DNA from: an uncultured delta proteobacterium | GTDB lineage: Bacteria > Desulfobacterota > Zymogenia > Zymogenales > Zymogenaceae | Reading direction: 5' to 3' | Assembly: GCA_963792965.1 (NCBI GenBank) | Contig: CAWBYW010000016.1 | Location: 128,001 to 192,000, forward strand | Length of the DNA: 64,000 nucleotides | The notes under the pieces: generated by a model | Databases searched by the model: none | What the model saw: only the letters and a program-made list of their open reading frames with translations | What the model was told of the DNA's origin: nothing | Shown here: piece after piece, positions 11,001 to 22,504 of the stretch | Layout of the letters: every line of letters starts with the position of its first letter | Position numbering within the stretch: the first letter of the stretch is position 1 | Position numbers and translations under genes: made by a program

Positions 11001-12419
11001 GATCCCGACATCCTCACCGGCGCGCTGGCGCGCTGAAGACGTCGGCGGCGGTCTCCAATGAGCCGGGCGCAAGGAAATCGGCGAAGCTCCGTCCAATCAC
11101 CTCCTCCCGTCGACGTCCGATAAACTCCTCCGCCGCGCTGTTCAGAAAAGTGATTTTCCCCTGCTCGTTGGTAACGTAGACGATATCCGCGATATTCTCG
11201 ACCAGCTCCCGGTAGCGTTGTTCCGACTCCCTGAGAGCCAGCTCGGCCTCCTTGCGCCTGCTGATATCCGTTACGATAACCTGAACAGCCGGCTTTCCCC
11301 GATACGTGAGAGGTGTCGCAAGGACATCGACGGGAACGGCGGTGCCATCCAGCCTGACGTAGACATTCTCCGCCGGGTAGAGCCCTTCCTCTCCGGACAA
11401 CATCCGCTTAATCCGGTCCTCGGCATCTTTCAGATAGTCGGGGTGGATGATCTGCTTAATATCACGGCCGGTTATCTCGTCGGGGGATCCCGCGCCGAGG
11501 ATCTTTGCCCCCTCCATATTCGTGAAAACGATCTTCCCCTCGGACTGGACGGCTATACCCACGGGGGCGATCTCAAGGAGTTTACGGTAACGCTCCTCGC
11601 TCTCGCGGAGGGCTTCCTCGGCCTCCCTGCGCTCCGTAGTGTTTCTTCCCACGCCCAGAAAGCCGGAGGGCCGCCCGTCGGCGTCCCTGAGGAGCGTCAC
11701 GTTGATCTCGCCCCAGAAGGTGGAACCGTCCTTCCGACAAAACTCGAGCTCCATCGTTCGGGATATCTTCACGTTCGGGTCGTAAAGCCGCTCAGGCGTC
11801 AGGTCTTCCGCCATCGCCCCGGCGGCGATCCGATACGAATCGGGGGCCATGCTTTTTTCAAGAGGAAGGTCACGGAGCTCCTCGAGGCTGTACCCCCGGT
11901 TGAATGCGACCGAAGGATTCGAGTACGTCGTGCGAAAGTCCATGTCCATCATCCAGACGGTGTCGTTCATATTCTCGGTGATGATGCGGTAGCGCTCGTC
12001 TTTTTCGCGCAGGGCCGCCTCGGCGCGCTCTTTTTCGATCCGGAGCCTTTTTTGTTCGAGGGCGACGGCGACGGCGGGCCCCAGCCCTTCATATGCTCCT
12101 TGATGACGTAGTCGGCCGCGCCCGCCTTCATGCACTCGACGGCGGTGTCCTCGTTTTGCGATCCGGTCAGGATGATCACGGGCGTTATCGGCGCGCGCTC
12201 AAGGGTAAGTTTGAGCGCCGTCAGCCCGTCAAAGGAGGGGAGCTTGAAGTCCGAGACGATGAGGTCGGGACGGAACGCCTCGAGGGCCGCGAGGAACTCC
12301 TCGCGCGTCTCGACCGTCCGGAAGACACACTTCTTGCAGCTCTTGCCGATCTCCCGCTCGGCCAATTCCGCGTCCGTCGGGAGGTCTTCGACGATCAGGA
12401 TGCGCGTGGGCTCATCCAT
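8094..12419 (-). CDS. Hybrid histidine kinase REC-(PAS)x4-GAF-(PAS)x2-HisKA-HATPase-REC, split by several frameshifts
   Basis: Contiguous pieces 11967..12419 (REC), 11014..12135 and 10412..11017 (PAS), 9971..10371 (GAF), 8086..9990 (PAS, GVAHELNNPL, FFTTKEVGKGTGLGL, REC). Confidence 0.8.
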
Positions 12420-12467
12420 TGGGTTTCACCTTCGCTTCATTGATAAGAAGGGATGCCGTCGGCCCGC

Positions 12468-12912
12468 CTAAGAAGGGGGCTGATTCACCAGCAGCCAGTA
12501 GAGCCCGAGGTTGCTCATCGCCTGAAAGAACTGGTCGAAATCGACCGGTTTGACCACGTAGCTGTTGGCGCCGAGGGCGTAGGCCTCCTTGATGTCCGGG
12601 TCTTCCCGCGAGGAGCTCACGACGACGACGGGGATGCTTTTCGTCCGCTCGATGCCCTTGATCACCCGCAGAACCTCAAGACCGTTCATCTTGGGGAGCT
12701 TCAGGTCAAGGAGCACCACCTTGGGAAGCTTCATCGTCTTTCTTTCCGCGTATTCCCCCTGGGCCAGGAGGATATCCAGCGCCTGCGCCCCGTCCTGCGC
12801 AACATAGATCTGGTTTGCCAGATGGTTTTTCTTGAGTGCCCTGACCGTCAGCTCGGCATCATTGGGATTATCCTCCACCAGGAGGATGTCTAATCGGTTC
12901 GATGTTGCTCAT
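12468..12912 (-). CDS. Rcp1-like single-domain response regulator (5' frameshift)
   Basis: [28 protein letters not shown]-terminal LGLYW; ATG overlaps the upstream stop. Confidence 0.85.
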
Positions 12913-15432
12913 GAAGTCCCCCCTTCATTGAGTAGGGCAAAGTAAAACGCGGCGCCTTTTTCCACTTCTCCTTCGGCCCAGACCCGCCCGCCGTGGCGGT
13001 GGATCACCCGCTGGACGATAGCGAGGCCGACGCCGGTGCCCGGAAATTCCCGCTCGCCGTGGAGCCGCTGAAAAACCCCGAAGAGCTTGTCCGAATAGCG
13101 CATGTCAAAGCCGGCGCCGTTGTCCCTGACGGAGTAGATCGCCTCGCCGTTCTGTATTTCTCCGTTTACCTCGATTACCGCCCGCTCTTTCTTGGACGAA
13201 AACTTAACCGCGTTCGATATGAGGTTCACCCACACCTGCCGAATCATCGTCGGGTCTCCCTCGAAGCGCGGCAATTTCCCCACCCGAAAGTCGATGCGTC
13301 CGCGGCCTTCCTCGTTCGTCAGCTCGAAAAAGACGGAGCGCGCCAGAATCCCCATATCGATCGGGGCGGCCTGCATCTCGACGCGCCCGATGCGCGAGAA
13401 CGCCAGCAGATCGTCGATGAGCCTGCCCATTTTGTTCGTGTTATCGCGGATGATCGCGCTCAGGCGCCTTCCCTCCTCGTCCAGAGACGCCTCGTGCTCC
13501 TCGAGAAGGACCTTGGTGAACCCGTCGATGGCGCGCAGCGGGGCGCGCAGGTCGTGCGACACCGAGTAGCTGAAGGCCTCGAGCTCCTTGTTGGAGGCCT
13601 CCAGCTGCGCCGTGCGGTCGCGCACGCGCTGTTCCAGCTCCTTGTTGAGCGTCTGAATTTCTTCCTCCGCCCGCCTGCGGTCGGTGATATCGAGCGCCGA
13701 AGACAGCGCACCCGTCACCTTTCCGCTTTCGTCTTTGAGCACACGGCACCACCAACCGAGCAGTCGACTTTGGCCGTCACTGCGCCGCTGCCAGCTCTCG
13801 ACGTAGAAAACGTTTTCAACACCGTCAAAGAGTGGCTGCACCACGGTCATAGGTTTCCTGCTCACCGACGAAGTAACCGGCCGCTTCTTTCCCGATTACG
13901 TCCTCCCCGAAGAACTCGAGGCCCGCCTGATTGGCCCAGGTATAGACCTTGTTGTTGTCCACCTCCATGATGATGTCGCTAACGGCGTCCAGGATGGCCT
14001 CCTGGCGATTAGACAACGCCCGCAAATTCTCCTCGGCGCGTTTTTTTTCGGTGATGTCTCGTAGGACGGACCGGCTATAGAGGATTTTGCCCTTCGCGTC
14101 TCTCACCGCGCTGGTGCTGAGCATGACGTCGATCGTCGTCCCGTCCTTTCGCAGTATCTTGAGCTCTTCGCCGTGCACCTCTCCCGTCTTCAGAAAGGTC
14201 GGGAACACCACCTTGCCGGGAACGTTCGGCGCTGTCCGGATGATATATTTCAAAGACGGGGCGGCCGATGATCTCGTCCTTCGTGTACCCCGCTTGCCCT
14301 GGCAAACGTCTCGTTGCAGCTTGATGATTTTCGCCGTTTTTGCGTCCACCGATACGAACATGTCGGGGGCGTTTTCGTAGAGGTCCTCGTATCGTGCCTC
14401 CGACTCCCTGAGCGCCTCTTCTGCCCGCTTGCGCTCCGTTACGTCCCTCCCGATTCCGTGGACTTCCTTGGCTCTCCCTTGTTCCCAAATGAGCCGCTCT
14501 CTTGTTTCGACCGTGTGGATAGCGCCGCCCTTACCGTGTAGTTTGACTTCAAACGGGCCGACATTTTCCCCGGCGAGTTGTCGTTTATATACACGCGTAA
14601 TATCCTTATACGAGTCGGTTGTGAGGAGGCTCTTCGTATTGAGCCTGAGGAACTCTTCCCTCGAATATCCCAGTTTTGACGCGGCGGCGCTGTTGACGAA
14701 CGTTATGTTTCCCTTATCGTCAAAGACATAGATAATGTCCTCGATATTTTCTACGATATTGCGGTAGCGCTCTTCGCTTTCCTCGATCCGGCGCAGCATC
14801 GGAGACGAGACCCGCAGGAAGAGAAAGGCGCCGACAAGCGCCAACAGGAGCGCAATGGAACCCGCGGTCAGGCCCGCCCGGACGAAGGGGGCTTTGACCT
14901 CCGCAAGGTCGATCTTGGCCACGACGCCGAGGCCCAGCGCCTGCACCGGCTCGTAGGCCGCCAGCACCTTCTCCCCCCGGTAGTCGATGCCGACCATCGT
15001 CCCGGAAAGCCCCGAGAGGGCGCGTCGCATTGGCTCGGCCACGGGGGAATCGAGTGGGAGGATCGTCGGCGCCTGGGCCTTCTCGGCGAATCTTCCTGCG
15101 AACAGGAAGACCATCGAGTCTCCCTCGCGACGGGCGACGACGACCTCCCCGCTCACTGTTTCGGGATGATAATGGATGTGAGACTCAAGGAGCTCCCGGA
15201 GCTTTGCGTCGTCTATTTTTTTGACTCGACTCCCGGCCACTATTCCATTTGCGCGGGTGATCTCCTCAAAGTGCAACGCCTGGCTCCGCGCGATCTCTGA
15301 CAGGCGCTGCTTCTGCTCCTCGATAGCCGCCCGGTAGAGCATGCTGATCGTGACGCCGAGGACGACGAGAATAATCGCGGTCATGATGAGGATGAGGATG
15401 GCGATTCTTCTTCCGCTCTCTTCACGGTCCAA
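12909..15432 (-). CDS. Membrane sensor histidine kinase (TM-Cache-like-TM, 3 PAS, phytochrome-type HisKA/HATPase), frameshifted
   Basis: GIDYRGEKVLAAYEPV Cache-like motif; PAS repeats; FSYSVSHDLRAPL, NLISNAVKF, LFGVFQRLH, GTGVGLA. Confidence 0.85.
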
Positions 15433-15893
15433 GACCTCGCTGTTTATCTTTTAGAATGCAGAGTGAACACGAATCCGCCGCCCACGTCTTGTCGGGATCT
15501 TTGAGAACAAACCAATACGTTAGTTAGTGCCGTGAATTGAGACTACCCTCCGAGAGCATGCCGTGCCGTCTCCGAGCACGGATTTCACCGCGTAAAGTCA
15601 GTTCGACCGATGGCCCGCCGCGAGAGGTCGCTGTGGAAGTTGAATAGTAAGACGGTACTGATAGTCGCCACGAATGTGAGCTGATGGAGGGAGCGGTAAC
15701 ATACAACGTGCCCCGGTCTCTCTTGATTAACCAATAACGATTCTTATGATATTATCCGCCGTTTTATTTGATTATGCAAACAGTATTTTGGATATCCTTT
15801 CACTATCATATCAGATTAGTATACGCATGCCCGTTTTTGCGCTTCATGCTCGGATAAGAAACGGCCATTCATGCGCCTTCCTTCTCTCCCCAA

Positions 15894-16538
15894 TCACAGC
15901 CGGATCACGATGGTGTCGCATATCATGTCGTGCCACCCCTGCCGCTCCTCGTCCCAGATGATCCACAGGAATCCGACGAAGAGCAAGAGCCCCGATGGAA
16001 TATAGCACACAAGCCTTAGGGCGGAGATCGGAAAGGATACCGCCCTTCCATCACTCATGACCACCCTGATGCCCATGATCATCTTCCCCACGGTCTGCCC
16101 GAACAGGGTAGTCATCACGATGAAGTAGAGGGGCGGAACGGCAATCCCGACAAGGAGTCCCGCTTTCAGGAGGGGAGAAAGGAATCCAAGGAACTCCAGG
16201 CCCTGGCTCGTGAGTATCATGTCTACAATCCCCGTGGTCTTATCTATGAGAAGCGCCGCTCCCAATAGGAGCGCCAGGTCGAACATGAAGACAAAGAGGA
16301 TATCGAAGGCCATCGCAAACGACCGGATGAAGAAACCGGCTCGCCTGAAATCGGCGATATTCTTCTTTGGAACAGGGGCATCATGCCGCGCCGGAACAGT
16401 CGCCTTCCTCCGACGGACGAGCGGCTCTCTTTTCGGGCTTTTCACGGCAACCGCCTGTCGGCCGGGCAACAGGGCGCCGCATGAGCGGCAGCGCAGCGCG
16501 TCGGCCCTGTTATAGTAGTCGCACTCGGGGCATTTCAT
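15894..16538 (-). CDS. Zinc-ribbon RDD family membrane protein
   Basis: MKCPEC...CRSC; RAGFFIRSFAMAFD; GQTVGKMIMGIRVV; QGWHDMICDT. Confidence 0.85.
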   Translation of the reverse strand: MKCPECDYYNRADALRCRSCGALLPGRQAVAVKSPKREPLVRRRKATVPARHDAPVPKKNIADFRRAGFFIRSFAMAFDILFVFMFDLALLLGAALLIDKTTGIVDMILTSQGLEFLGFLSPLLKAGLLVGIAVPPLYFIVMTTLFGQTVGKMIMGIRVVMSDGRAVSFPISALRLVCYIPSGLLLFVGFLWIIWDEERQGWHDMICDTIVIRL

Positions 16539-16542
16539 CGTC

Positions 16543-17265
16543 TCAGCGCCACCCCCACTCGTATTGAACGATCGCGGCCGCCACCAGCGGCGCGGTCTCC
16601 GCCCGAAAAATGAGCCCGCCGAGGCCCGCCACAATAAGGCCGGCCTCCCGTGCGCCGGCGATCTCGGCACCCGAGAAACCGCCCTCCGGGCCGGTGAAAA
16701 GGGAGATCGTGCCGGGGGGGTCCGTCACCTCTCCGATGATCTCCTTTATTCCCCTGGTCTCCTCCTCCGAGAGGATGAGGGAAAGGCCCCCGCGAAGCTC
16801 GACGGCCTCCGAAAAAGCGAGGGGGGAATGCACCTCCAGCGCGCGGTTTCGCCGCGCCAGCCGGGACTCCTCCTCGGCGATCTTCTTCATTCGCGCAAGC
16901 TTCATGTCGCCGATATCACGCACGATCGTCCGTGATGAAACAAAGGGAGTCACCGACGAAACGCCAAGCTCGGCCGCGTCCCGAACGAGGCGCTCCATCT
17001 TTTTCCCCTTCAGAAGCCCGATAAAGAGGTGAACGGCAAGCGAGGCCTCGGGGTGCGGCGGCATCTCTTCAATAACGACGAGCGACACCATCTTCCGTGA
17101 GACGGCCGCCGTCCGCGCCGCGAACTCGTGCCCCCTCTCGTCCACAAGGCAGATCGTATCGCCGACCGAAAGCCTCAACACATCCCTGATATAGTGGGCC
17201 TGCTCGGACGAAGGCATGATCGCCGCCCCCGAGGAGAGCGTCCCCTTAACGAAGAGCCGCTTCAT
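16543..17265 (-). CDS. rsmE: 16S rRNA m3U1498 methyltransferase
   Basis: HYIRDVLRL, ELGV, GPEGGFS, LIFRAETA. Confidence 0.9.
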   Translation of the reverse strand: MKRLFVKGTLSSGAAIMPSSEQAHYIRDVLRLSVGDTICLVDERGHEFAARTAAVSRKMVSLVVIEEMPPHPEASLAVHLFIGLLKGKKMERLVRDAAELGVSSVTPFVSSRTIVRDIGDMKLARMKKIAEEESRLARRNRALEVHSPLAFSEAVELRGGLSLILSEEETRGIKEIIGEVTDPPGTISLFTGPEGGFSGAEIAGAREAGLIVAGLGGLIFRAETAPLVAAAIVQYEWGWR

Positions 17266-19240
17266 CTTCTGCCCCGCCTGTTCCCAGCAGCTCGTAAATC
17301 CCCACGGCCTGTTCCTTCCCCTTGACGTTGACCTGGCCCAGATCACGGGTCACGAAATCTCCCGCCTTCTTTAGCGTAAACTCGCTGATGATGATCGTCG
17401 TGCCGAACTCCTTGTTCAGCCCCTCCAGTCGCGAAGCCAGATTGACGCTGTCGCCAATGACGGTATAATCCATCCGTCGCTCCGAGCCGATATTACCGAC
17501 GACCACTTCGCCGCTGTTGATGCCGATGCCGATCTGCATGGGCGGTATCCCCTCCGTCATGAGGCGCTCGTTGACTTTTTTGAGCTCTTGCTTCATGGAC
17601 AGGGCGCAGAGACACGCCTTGCGCGCGTGGTCGGGGGCTTGTTTCGGCGCCCCGAAAAACGCCATGATGGCGTCGCCGACGTATTTGTCGAGGGTTCCGT
17701 CGAATCGGAAGACCACCTCGACCATGGCCTTGAAATAGATATTCAGGCGCCGCACCACTTCCTCGGGGGGGAGCTTCTCGCTCATGGAAGTAAAGCCCCG
17801 GATGTCCGAAAAGAGGATCGAGATATCCCTGCGCTCGCCGCTATCGAGCTTCAGGTCCTCGATGTTCTTGCTGATCTCTTCGGCCACCTGGTGGGAGACA
17901 TACTTCGCGAAGGCTTCCTTGAACTTCTTTTTTGTCCTCCCTTCGGTAACATAGTTGAAGACGAGCGTCGAGACAAAGGAGAGAAATATCGCCGACGTCG
18001 GCGCGATATAGTCCATCATGACCCTCTCCCAGCGAAAGAGGTAGCCGACGATAAGCGTAAAGACGATGAGGATTACGAAAAGCGAGAGGATGCCGTACGC
18101 GGCGGACGAGGCCCTGAGCGAGACCGCCGCCACCAACAGGGAGAGGATGACAATGACCGCCACGCCCTCCGCCCGCGGGAGGCTTTTCACATGGTCGTTA
18201 TTGAGGATATTGTCAAGTGCCGTGGCGTTGAGCTCCACCCCCGGGTAGACCGGCGAAAAGGGGGTCGCCCGCAGGTCGAAGAGCGATACGGCGGTCGTCC
18301 CCACCAGGACGATCCTGCCGGCGAAGGTCTCGGCGGGGATGCGTGGGGGCTGCCCCCTCCGGAGTGCCGCCATCGATTCGATAATGTCGCCGATCGAGTA
18401 GTATTCATAGGTACGGTACGGGCCGTGCCAATTGACGGCCATCCTCCCGTCGGGAGACAGCGGAATGGTAATCGGCCCAGCGAGGAGCGTTCGATTCTTC
18501 GTGATGACGATTGACTCCTTTTTCGGGTCGACTCCAAGGTACTTCAGGGCGGATATGAGACAGAGAGACGGATAATAGCGGCCCTGGTACAGAAAGAGGG
18601 GATAGACGGCGCGCGAGGGCCCGTCGGGGTCGGCCACGAAATTGATGCATCCCGTCCCCGATGAGGCGGCCAACAGCCCGAGGTAAGGCAGCGTGGCCGA
18701 CCGGTATTGTGAAAGGGTGATATCGCTTCTGTTCTCCACCGGGACACTGAAGTGCTCCGCCAGATAGAGGTGCTCCATGAGCGCCTCATAGGTCTCGGTC
18801 CCGGTTTCCGGGCCCGGCAGAAAGACCGTCGAGGTGATGGCCTTCCCGAAACCGGAGGCGGCCCGAGCGAATGCGGCATCGGATGTCGGGTTTTTTATGT
18901 CGGGCTCAGCGAAGATGAGGTCGAAGGCCACCAGCCGCGCCCCGCCGGCTTTCAGGTAGTCCAGCAGTGCCCCAAAGACCTCCCGGGGCCAGGGCCACGT
19001 ACCCAGGTCGTTCCGATAGAAGTTGAGGCTCTCCTCATCGAGCGTGATGATGACGATGCGGTCGTCATGGCGCTTCGGGTCGGAAAAGATCCTGAAGCGG
19101 ACGTCGCCGGTCTTGTTCTCAAGTGAGGTCAACAATCCCCCGAGATGGGCGGACAGGACCACCGCGCTTACCACAGCGCCGATCACTGCACCCATCAGGA
19201 ATCGATAGAGAGCGGGATATGTTTTCCTAATATTCTTCAT
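17246..19240 (-). CDS. CHASE2-domain class III adenylate/guanylate cyclase
   Basis: WPWPR, FDLIF, DPDG, PGVE CHASE2 motifs; 3 TM; FSDIRGFT, DKYVGDAIM, YTVIGDSVNLASRLE. Confidence 0.92.
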   Translation of the reverse strand: MKNIRKTYPALYRFLMGAVIGAVVSAVVLSAHLGGLLTSLENKTGDVRFRIFSDPKRHDDRIVIITLDEESLNFYRNDLGTWPWPREVFGALLDYLKAGGARLVAFDLIFAEPDIKNPTSDAAFARAASGFGKAITSTVFLPGPETGTETYEALMEHLYLAEHFSVPVENRSDITLSQYRSATLPYLGLLAASSGTGCINFVADPDGPSRAVYPLFLYQGRYYPSLCLISALKYLGVDPKKESIVITKNRTLLAGPITIPLSPDGRMAVNWHGPYRTYEYYSIGDIIESMAALRRGQPPRIPAETFAGRIVLVGTTAVSLFDLRATPFSPVYPGVELNATALDNILNNDHVKSLPRAEGVAVIVILSLLVAAVSLRASSAAYGILSLFVILIVFTLIVGYLFRWERVMMDYIAPTSAIFLSFVSTLVFNYVTEGRTKKKFKEAFAKYVSHQVAEEISKNIEDLKLDSGERRDISILFSDIRGFTSMSEKLPPEEVVRRLNIYFKAMVEVVFRFDGTLDKYVGDAIMAFFGAPKQAPDHARKACLCALSMKQELKKVNERLMTEGIPPMQIGIGINSGEVVVGNIGSERRMDYTVIGDSVNLASRLEGLNKEFGTTIIISEFTLKKAGDFVTRDLGQVNVKGKEQAVGIYELLGTGGAEDEAALR

Positions 19241-19317
19241 ATGTTATACATACCAATAAAAGCAGTCGGAGGCAATAATTTTTATACAACGGGGACGCCT
19301 TTCCTCGCTCGTGACGA

Positions 19318-19346
19318 TTGACATGATATAAAGAACGGGGTACTAT
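19318..19346 (+). promoter_or_regulatory. sigma70 promoter
   Basis: TTGACA-N17-TACTAT. Confidence 0.65.
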
Positions 19347-19407
19347 TTACGGCATTACATAATCTTCATGTATTCTTGATGGTAAGCGACAGAGGGAGGC
19401 CGCGCTC

Positions 19408-20996
19408 GTGTACGGAACGGATGAAGGATACGACGGGTGGGAGGGATATCTTGCCTTATTCATGATTTTCGCGGTCGGCACCGCCCTCAGGGCGGTCATG
19501 CTTTTTCACCAGACCGTTATCTCGCCCGATAGTCCCGGGTATATTTATAATGCCCTCGCAATCGGTAAGGAAGGGCTGAAAAGTCTCTTCGCAGGCGGTT
19601 TCGCCGGGAATTTCTCCATCTACCCCATCTTCATCTACCTTACCAATCTCGTGATCGGCGATCCGGTATTGTCCGGTCAGCTGGTCTCGCTCGTATTCGG
19701 TTCGCTCGCTATTTTGCTCGTTTATCCCATCACGAAAGAGATAATGGGTGCGCGGGCCGGGCTCATCGTCGCCTTTCTCGTGGCCGTTCATCCGCACCTG
19801 ATCAGGTATTCGGGGATGGTCCTGAAAGACTCGACCCTGATCTTCTTCGCCCTCGGGGCTGTGGCCCTGGGTCTGTTTGGGTGCACGAGAAGGAACAGGC
19901 TCCTCATCGTCCTTGCCGGGATCTTGGCATGGACCACGGCGGTCGTGCGTCTGTATGGCATCATCGTCGTCCCCTCGCTCGCTCTCGCCATCGTTGTCTA
20001 TACCCTTTTTCAGAGGGAAGGGATAAAGGAGACGCTCCTTCGTCTGGCCCTCTTTCTCTTTCCCCTGCCCGTCGTGGGGTACATCGCGTTCCTCATCTTT
20101 ATCGGGCCCCACAATGAATTCTTCATCGAGAGTTTCCTGAAGGTCCTCACCATTGTCGTATCCTTTGTTCATCAGACCGGGACCTACCGGGACCTGCTTT
20201 TGCGTGGCAATCCCGAAATCAGTCGTGGTTATCTGGACGTGATAACCCGCTATCCCCGGGTTTCGGCCGCCGTTCATTTCGTTGCTGTTTTTGGAACCGC
20301 GTTCTTTTTTTTCTTTTTCGTCCTTTTTCTGTTGGGCATCTACATTGACAGGAAAAATCTCCTCAACAAGGGCCCGCGCCTCTTCATTCTTTCGTTTGCC
20401 TCGGTATACATCTTTTTCGATCTTGCCATTCTCATGGTCTTCTTCTTCCTCACGAAAAGGCAGCTCATGCCGCTCGTTATCGTTCTTCTCCCCTGGTCGG
20501 CGCTCACGTTCGAAAGGGGCATCACGTGGCTCACGGACTATTCGCGTGCCCGCGCAGAAGAAGAACGCGGCAGATCCTTCGGGCGACAGTTCCGCTCCTC
20601 GCCGTTATCTGGATCGTCGGCGCCTTCTCTTACACAAGTTCTCCGACCGCGGAAGGTGCGCTGCTCGGGTACAAAAGGGCGGCGGGCGAGTATATCAAGG
20701 AGACGGCAGGCGGCCATCCCCTGATTCTTCTTCCCCACGCCGATGCCGAAGGACTGGTCGTCTTCTATGCGGGCGCCGAGGGCATATCCTTCGATGACCC
20801 GGCCACAATCGAGAAGATGATCGATACCGATGACCCCAATATCATCTTGTGGGATACGGTCCTCGGCCCCCTGCCGAAGGAGTTTCCTCTGCTGGTTGAG
20901 CACGGCAAAATCGAGCATATCACGACGATACCGGGCTCAGGCACCAATGTTATCTATATCTATCGGAATACCCGAAACGAAACCGGCAGGCGGTAG
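19408..20996 (+). CDS. GT-C fold (ArnT/PMT, GT39/83-like) membrane glycosyltransferase, frameshift near 20550
   Basis: ISPDSPGY after TM1, multi-TM, LLVYPITKE; continues in the 20526..20996 frame. Confidence 0.65.
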
Positions 20997-21100
20997 GCGC
21001 CACGGAAGGCCCGCAAAAAAGGGGCTGGAGAAAACTATCCCCAACCCCTCTTGTTTCCCACGACTCGCCCCGCCGAGCGGCGGCGTCCCAAAATCTCAGA

Positions 21101-21724
21101 TCAGTTGGTCGCCGGGACCACGTTGAAGGCCACGGAGGTGTAGTATTCATTGTCAAAATAGATGTCCCAGCGCCACTGACCCGTGGGGTCACCCGAGGGA
21201 TTAAACCCCCAGTAGCTGGTAAAGATGTCGCTGTCCGGCGTCAGCGTGGTGCTATAGACGGCGCGGTTCTCCGCCGGGTAGGTTTTATAGCTTCCCTCGC
21301 TCCCCTCCCAGAGGGTCCAGTTCTGGGGCGCATAGGGGAAAAACTCCTCTTCACGGTAGGAAACCGGATGTCCGCTGTTGCTTTTGTATTTGAATGAGAT
21401 GCCGAAATAGGTGCTCGGGATGTACGGTATGGTAGTCGCGTCCTCATACACGTAGAGATTTCCCGAGCCGTCGTCCTTCATCTTGCCCATCCTGAATTCA
21501 GTGATGACACACGTCGTGAGGGCTTGCGGGGGCGACATCCCGGGCCCGACCACGCTCGGCACTCCGGGCTGGGACGGCGCGCCATACGGCTGCGGGCCCG
21601 CGGGCCCCGCCTGTCCGGGTCCCCCGGCTCCTATCCCGAGCATCTGTTTGATCCTGTCGCATCCCGTCCCCGCGAAGGCCAGCGCAAGCACAAGGAGGGA
21701 CAAAATAATCAGGTTCTTTCTCAT
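21101..21724 (-). CDS. Hypothetical lipoprotein with Pro/Gly-rich linker
   Basis: Lipobox AGTGC; GPGQAGPAGPQP linker; beta-rich C-terminal domain. Confidence 0.7.
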   Translation of the reverse strand: MRKNLIILSLLVLALAFAGTGCDRIKQMLGIGAGGPGQAGPAGPQPYGAPSQPGVPSVVGPGMSPPQALTTCVITEFRMGKMKDDGSGNLYVYEDATTIPYIPSTYFGISFKYKSNSGHPVSYREEEFFPYAPQNWTLWEGSEGSYKTYPAENRAVYSTTLTPDSDIFTSYWGFNPSGDPTGQWRWDIYFDNEYYTSVAFNVVPATN

Positions 21725-21778
21725 ATCGTGCTCCTTTATCTATAGTCTATCATAGGCCGAAAAGTAGATGTTTTTCGT

Positions 21779-21807
21779 ATAGTAATGAAATCGGGGTCCC
21801 CTGTCAA
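21779..21807 (-). promoter_or_regulatory. sigma70 promoter for the lipoprotein gene
   Basis: Minus strand TTGACA-N17-TACTAT. Confidence 0.65.
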
Positions 21808-21856
21808 GGGGGGAAAGACCCGACCCACCGTTTTGACGGACGACACCGGACCCGAT

Positions 21857-22504
21857 TCAGGGCAACCGTTCCCCCCGCGTGGACGCCCGGCCCTGCCCCC
21901 CGATAACCTTTACCGCCTCCTCATAGGCCAGCACATACCCCCACCGATTTTTCTCCCTGTCCGTCCGCTCCGAAAGGAGCGCGTCGATCTCGCCGGTGTT
22001 CCGGGTGACGGGCTTGGGTCCCGAAAGGCCCTTTTTCAACGCGTCGATCTCGCCGGCATAGTAGACCGCGAGTCCCTCCGAAAACCAGAGCGGCACGTGG
22101 GTGCCGAAACGAAGCCGGAGAAGCGCGAGACACACCTCATGGGCGACGGTCGACTTCAACACCCCGCGCTCTTTCAGGACGTTCACCGGCTGCAGGTAGA
22201 TCGATCCGTCGATCATCGCCGAGGCCGACCAGAACGGCAGCCTCGTCTGGGCCGTGAAATCTCCGGTCTCCTTGAAGATCACCACGTCGATGGGACGGCC
22301 CGCGCCGCTCCCAACCCTCGTTTCCATCGCGGTGTATGCCGATTCGAGGGCGTCCTTTACCTCCGAGAGCTCGCCGGCCCGAAGGGTCTCGGCGAAATAG
22401 ATATTGAAATGCCGTGTCTGGGTCTGGGCAAAGTCAAGGGCGCCTGCCTCTCGGCTGATGACGAGAAGAAGGCACGAGATCAGAAATAGGAACGGTCTTC
22501 TCAA
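21857..22504 (-). CDS. Secreted peptidase MA/gluzincin-like protein with degenerate Zn motif
   Basis: Signal peptide; VAHEVCL...PLWFSEGLAVY (family pattern HExxH...PxWxxEG). Confidence 0.65.
   Translation of the reverse strand: MRRPFLFLISCLLLVISREAGALDFAQTQTRHFNIYFAETLRAGELSEVKDALESAYTAMETRVGSGAGRPIDVVIFKETGDFTAQTRLPFWSASAMIDGSIYLQPVNVLKERGVLKSTVAHEVCLALLRLRFGTHVPLWFSEGLAVYYAGEIDALKKGLSGPKPVTRNTGEIDALLSERTDREKNRWGYVLAYEEAVKVIGGQGRASTRGERLP

Noticed and set aside
15440-15890. Riboswitch or small ORF upstream of the sensor kinase
   Set aside because: No recognisable aptamer consensus on either strand, and the short ORFs lack family features
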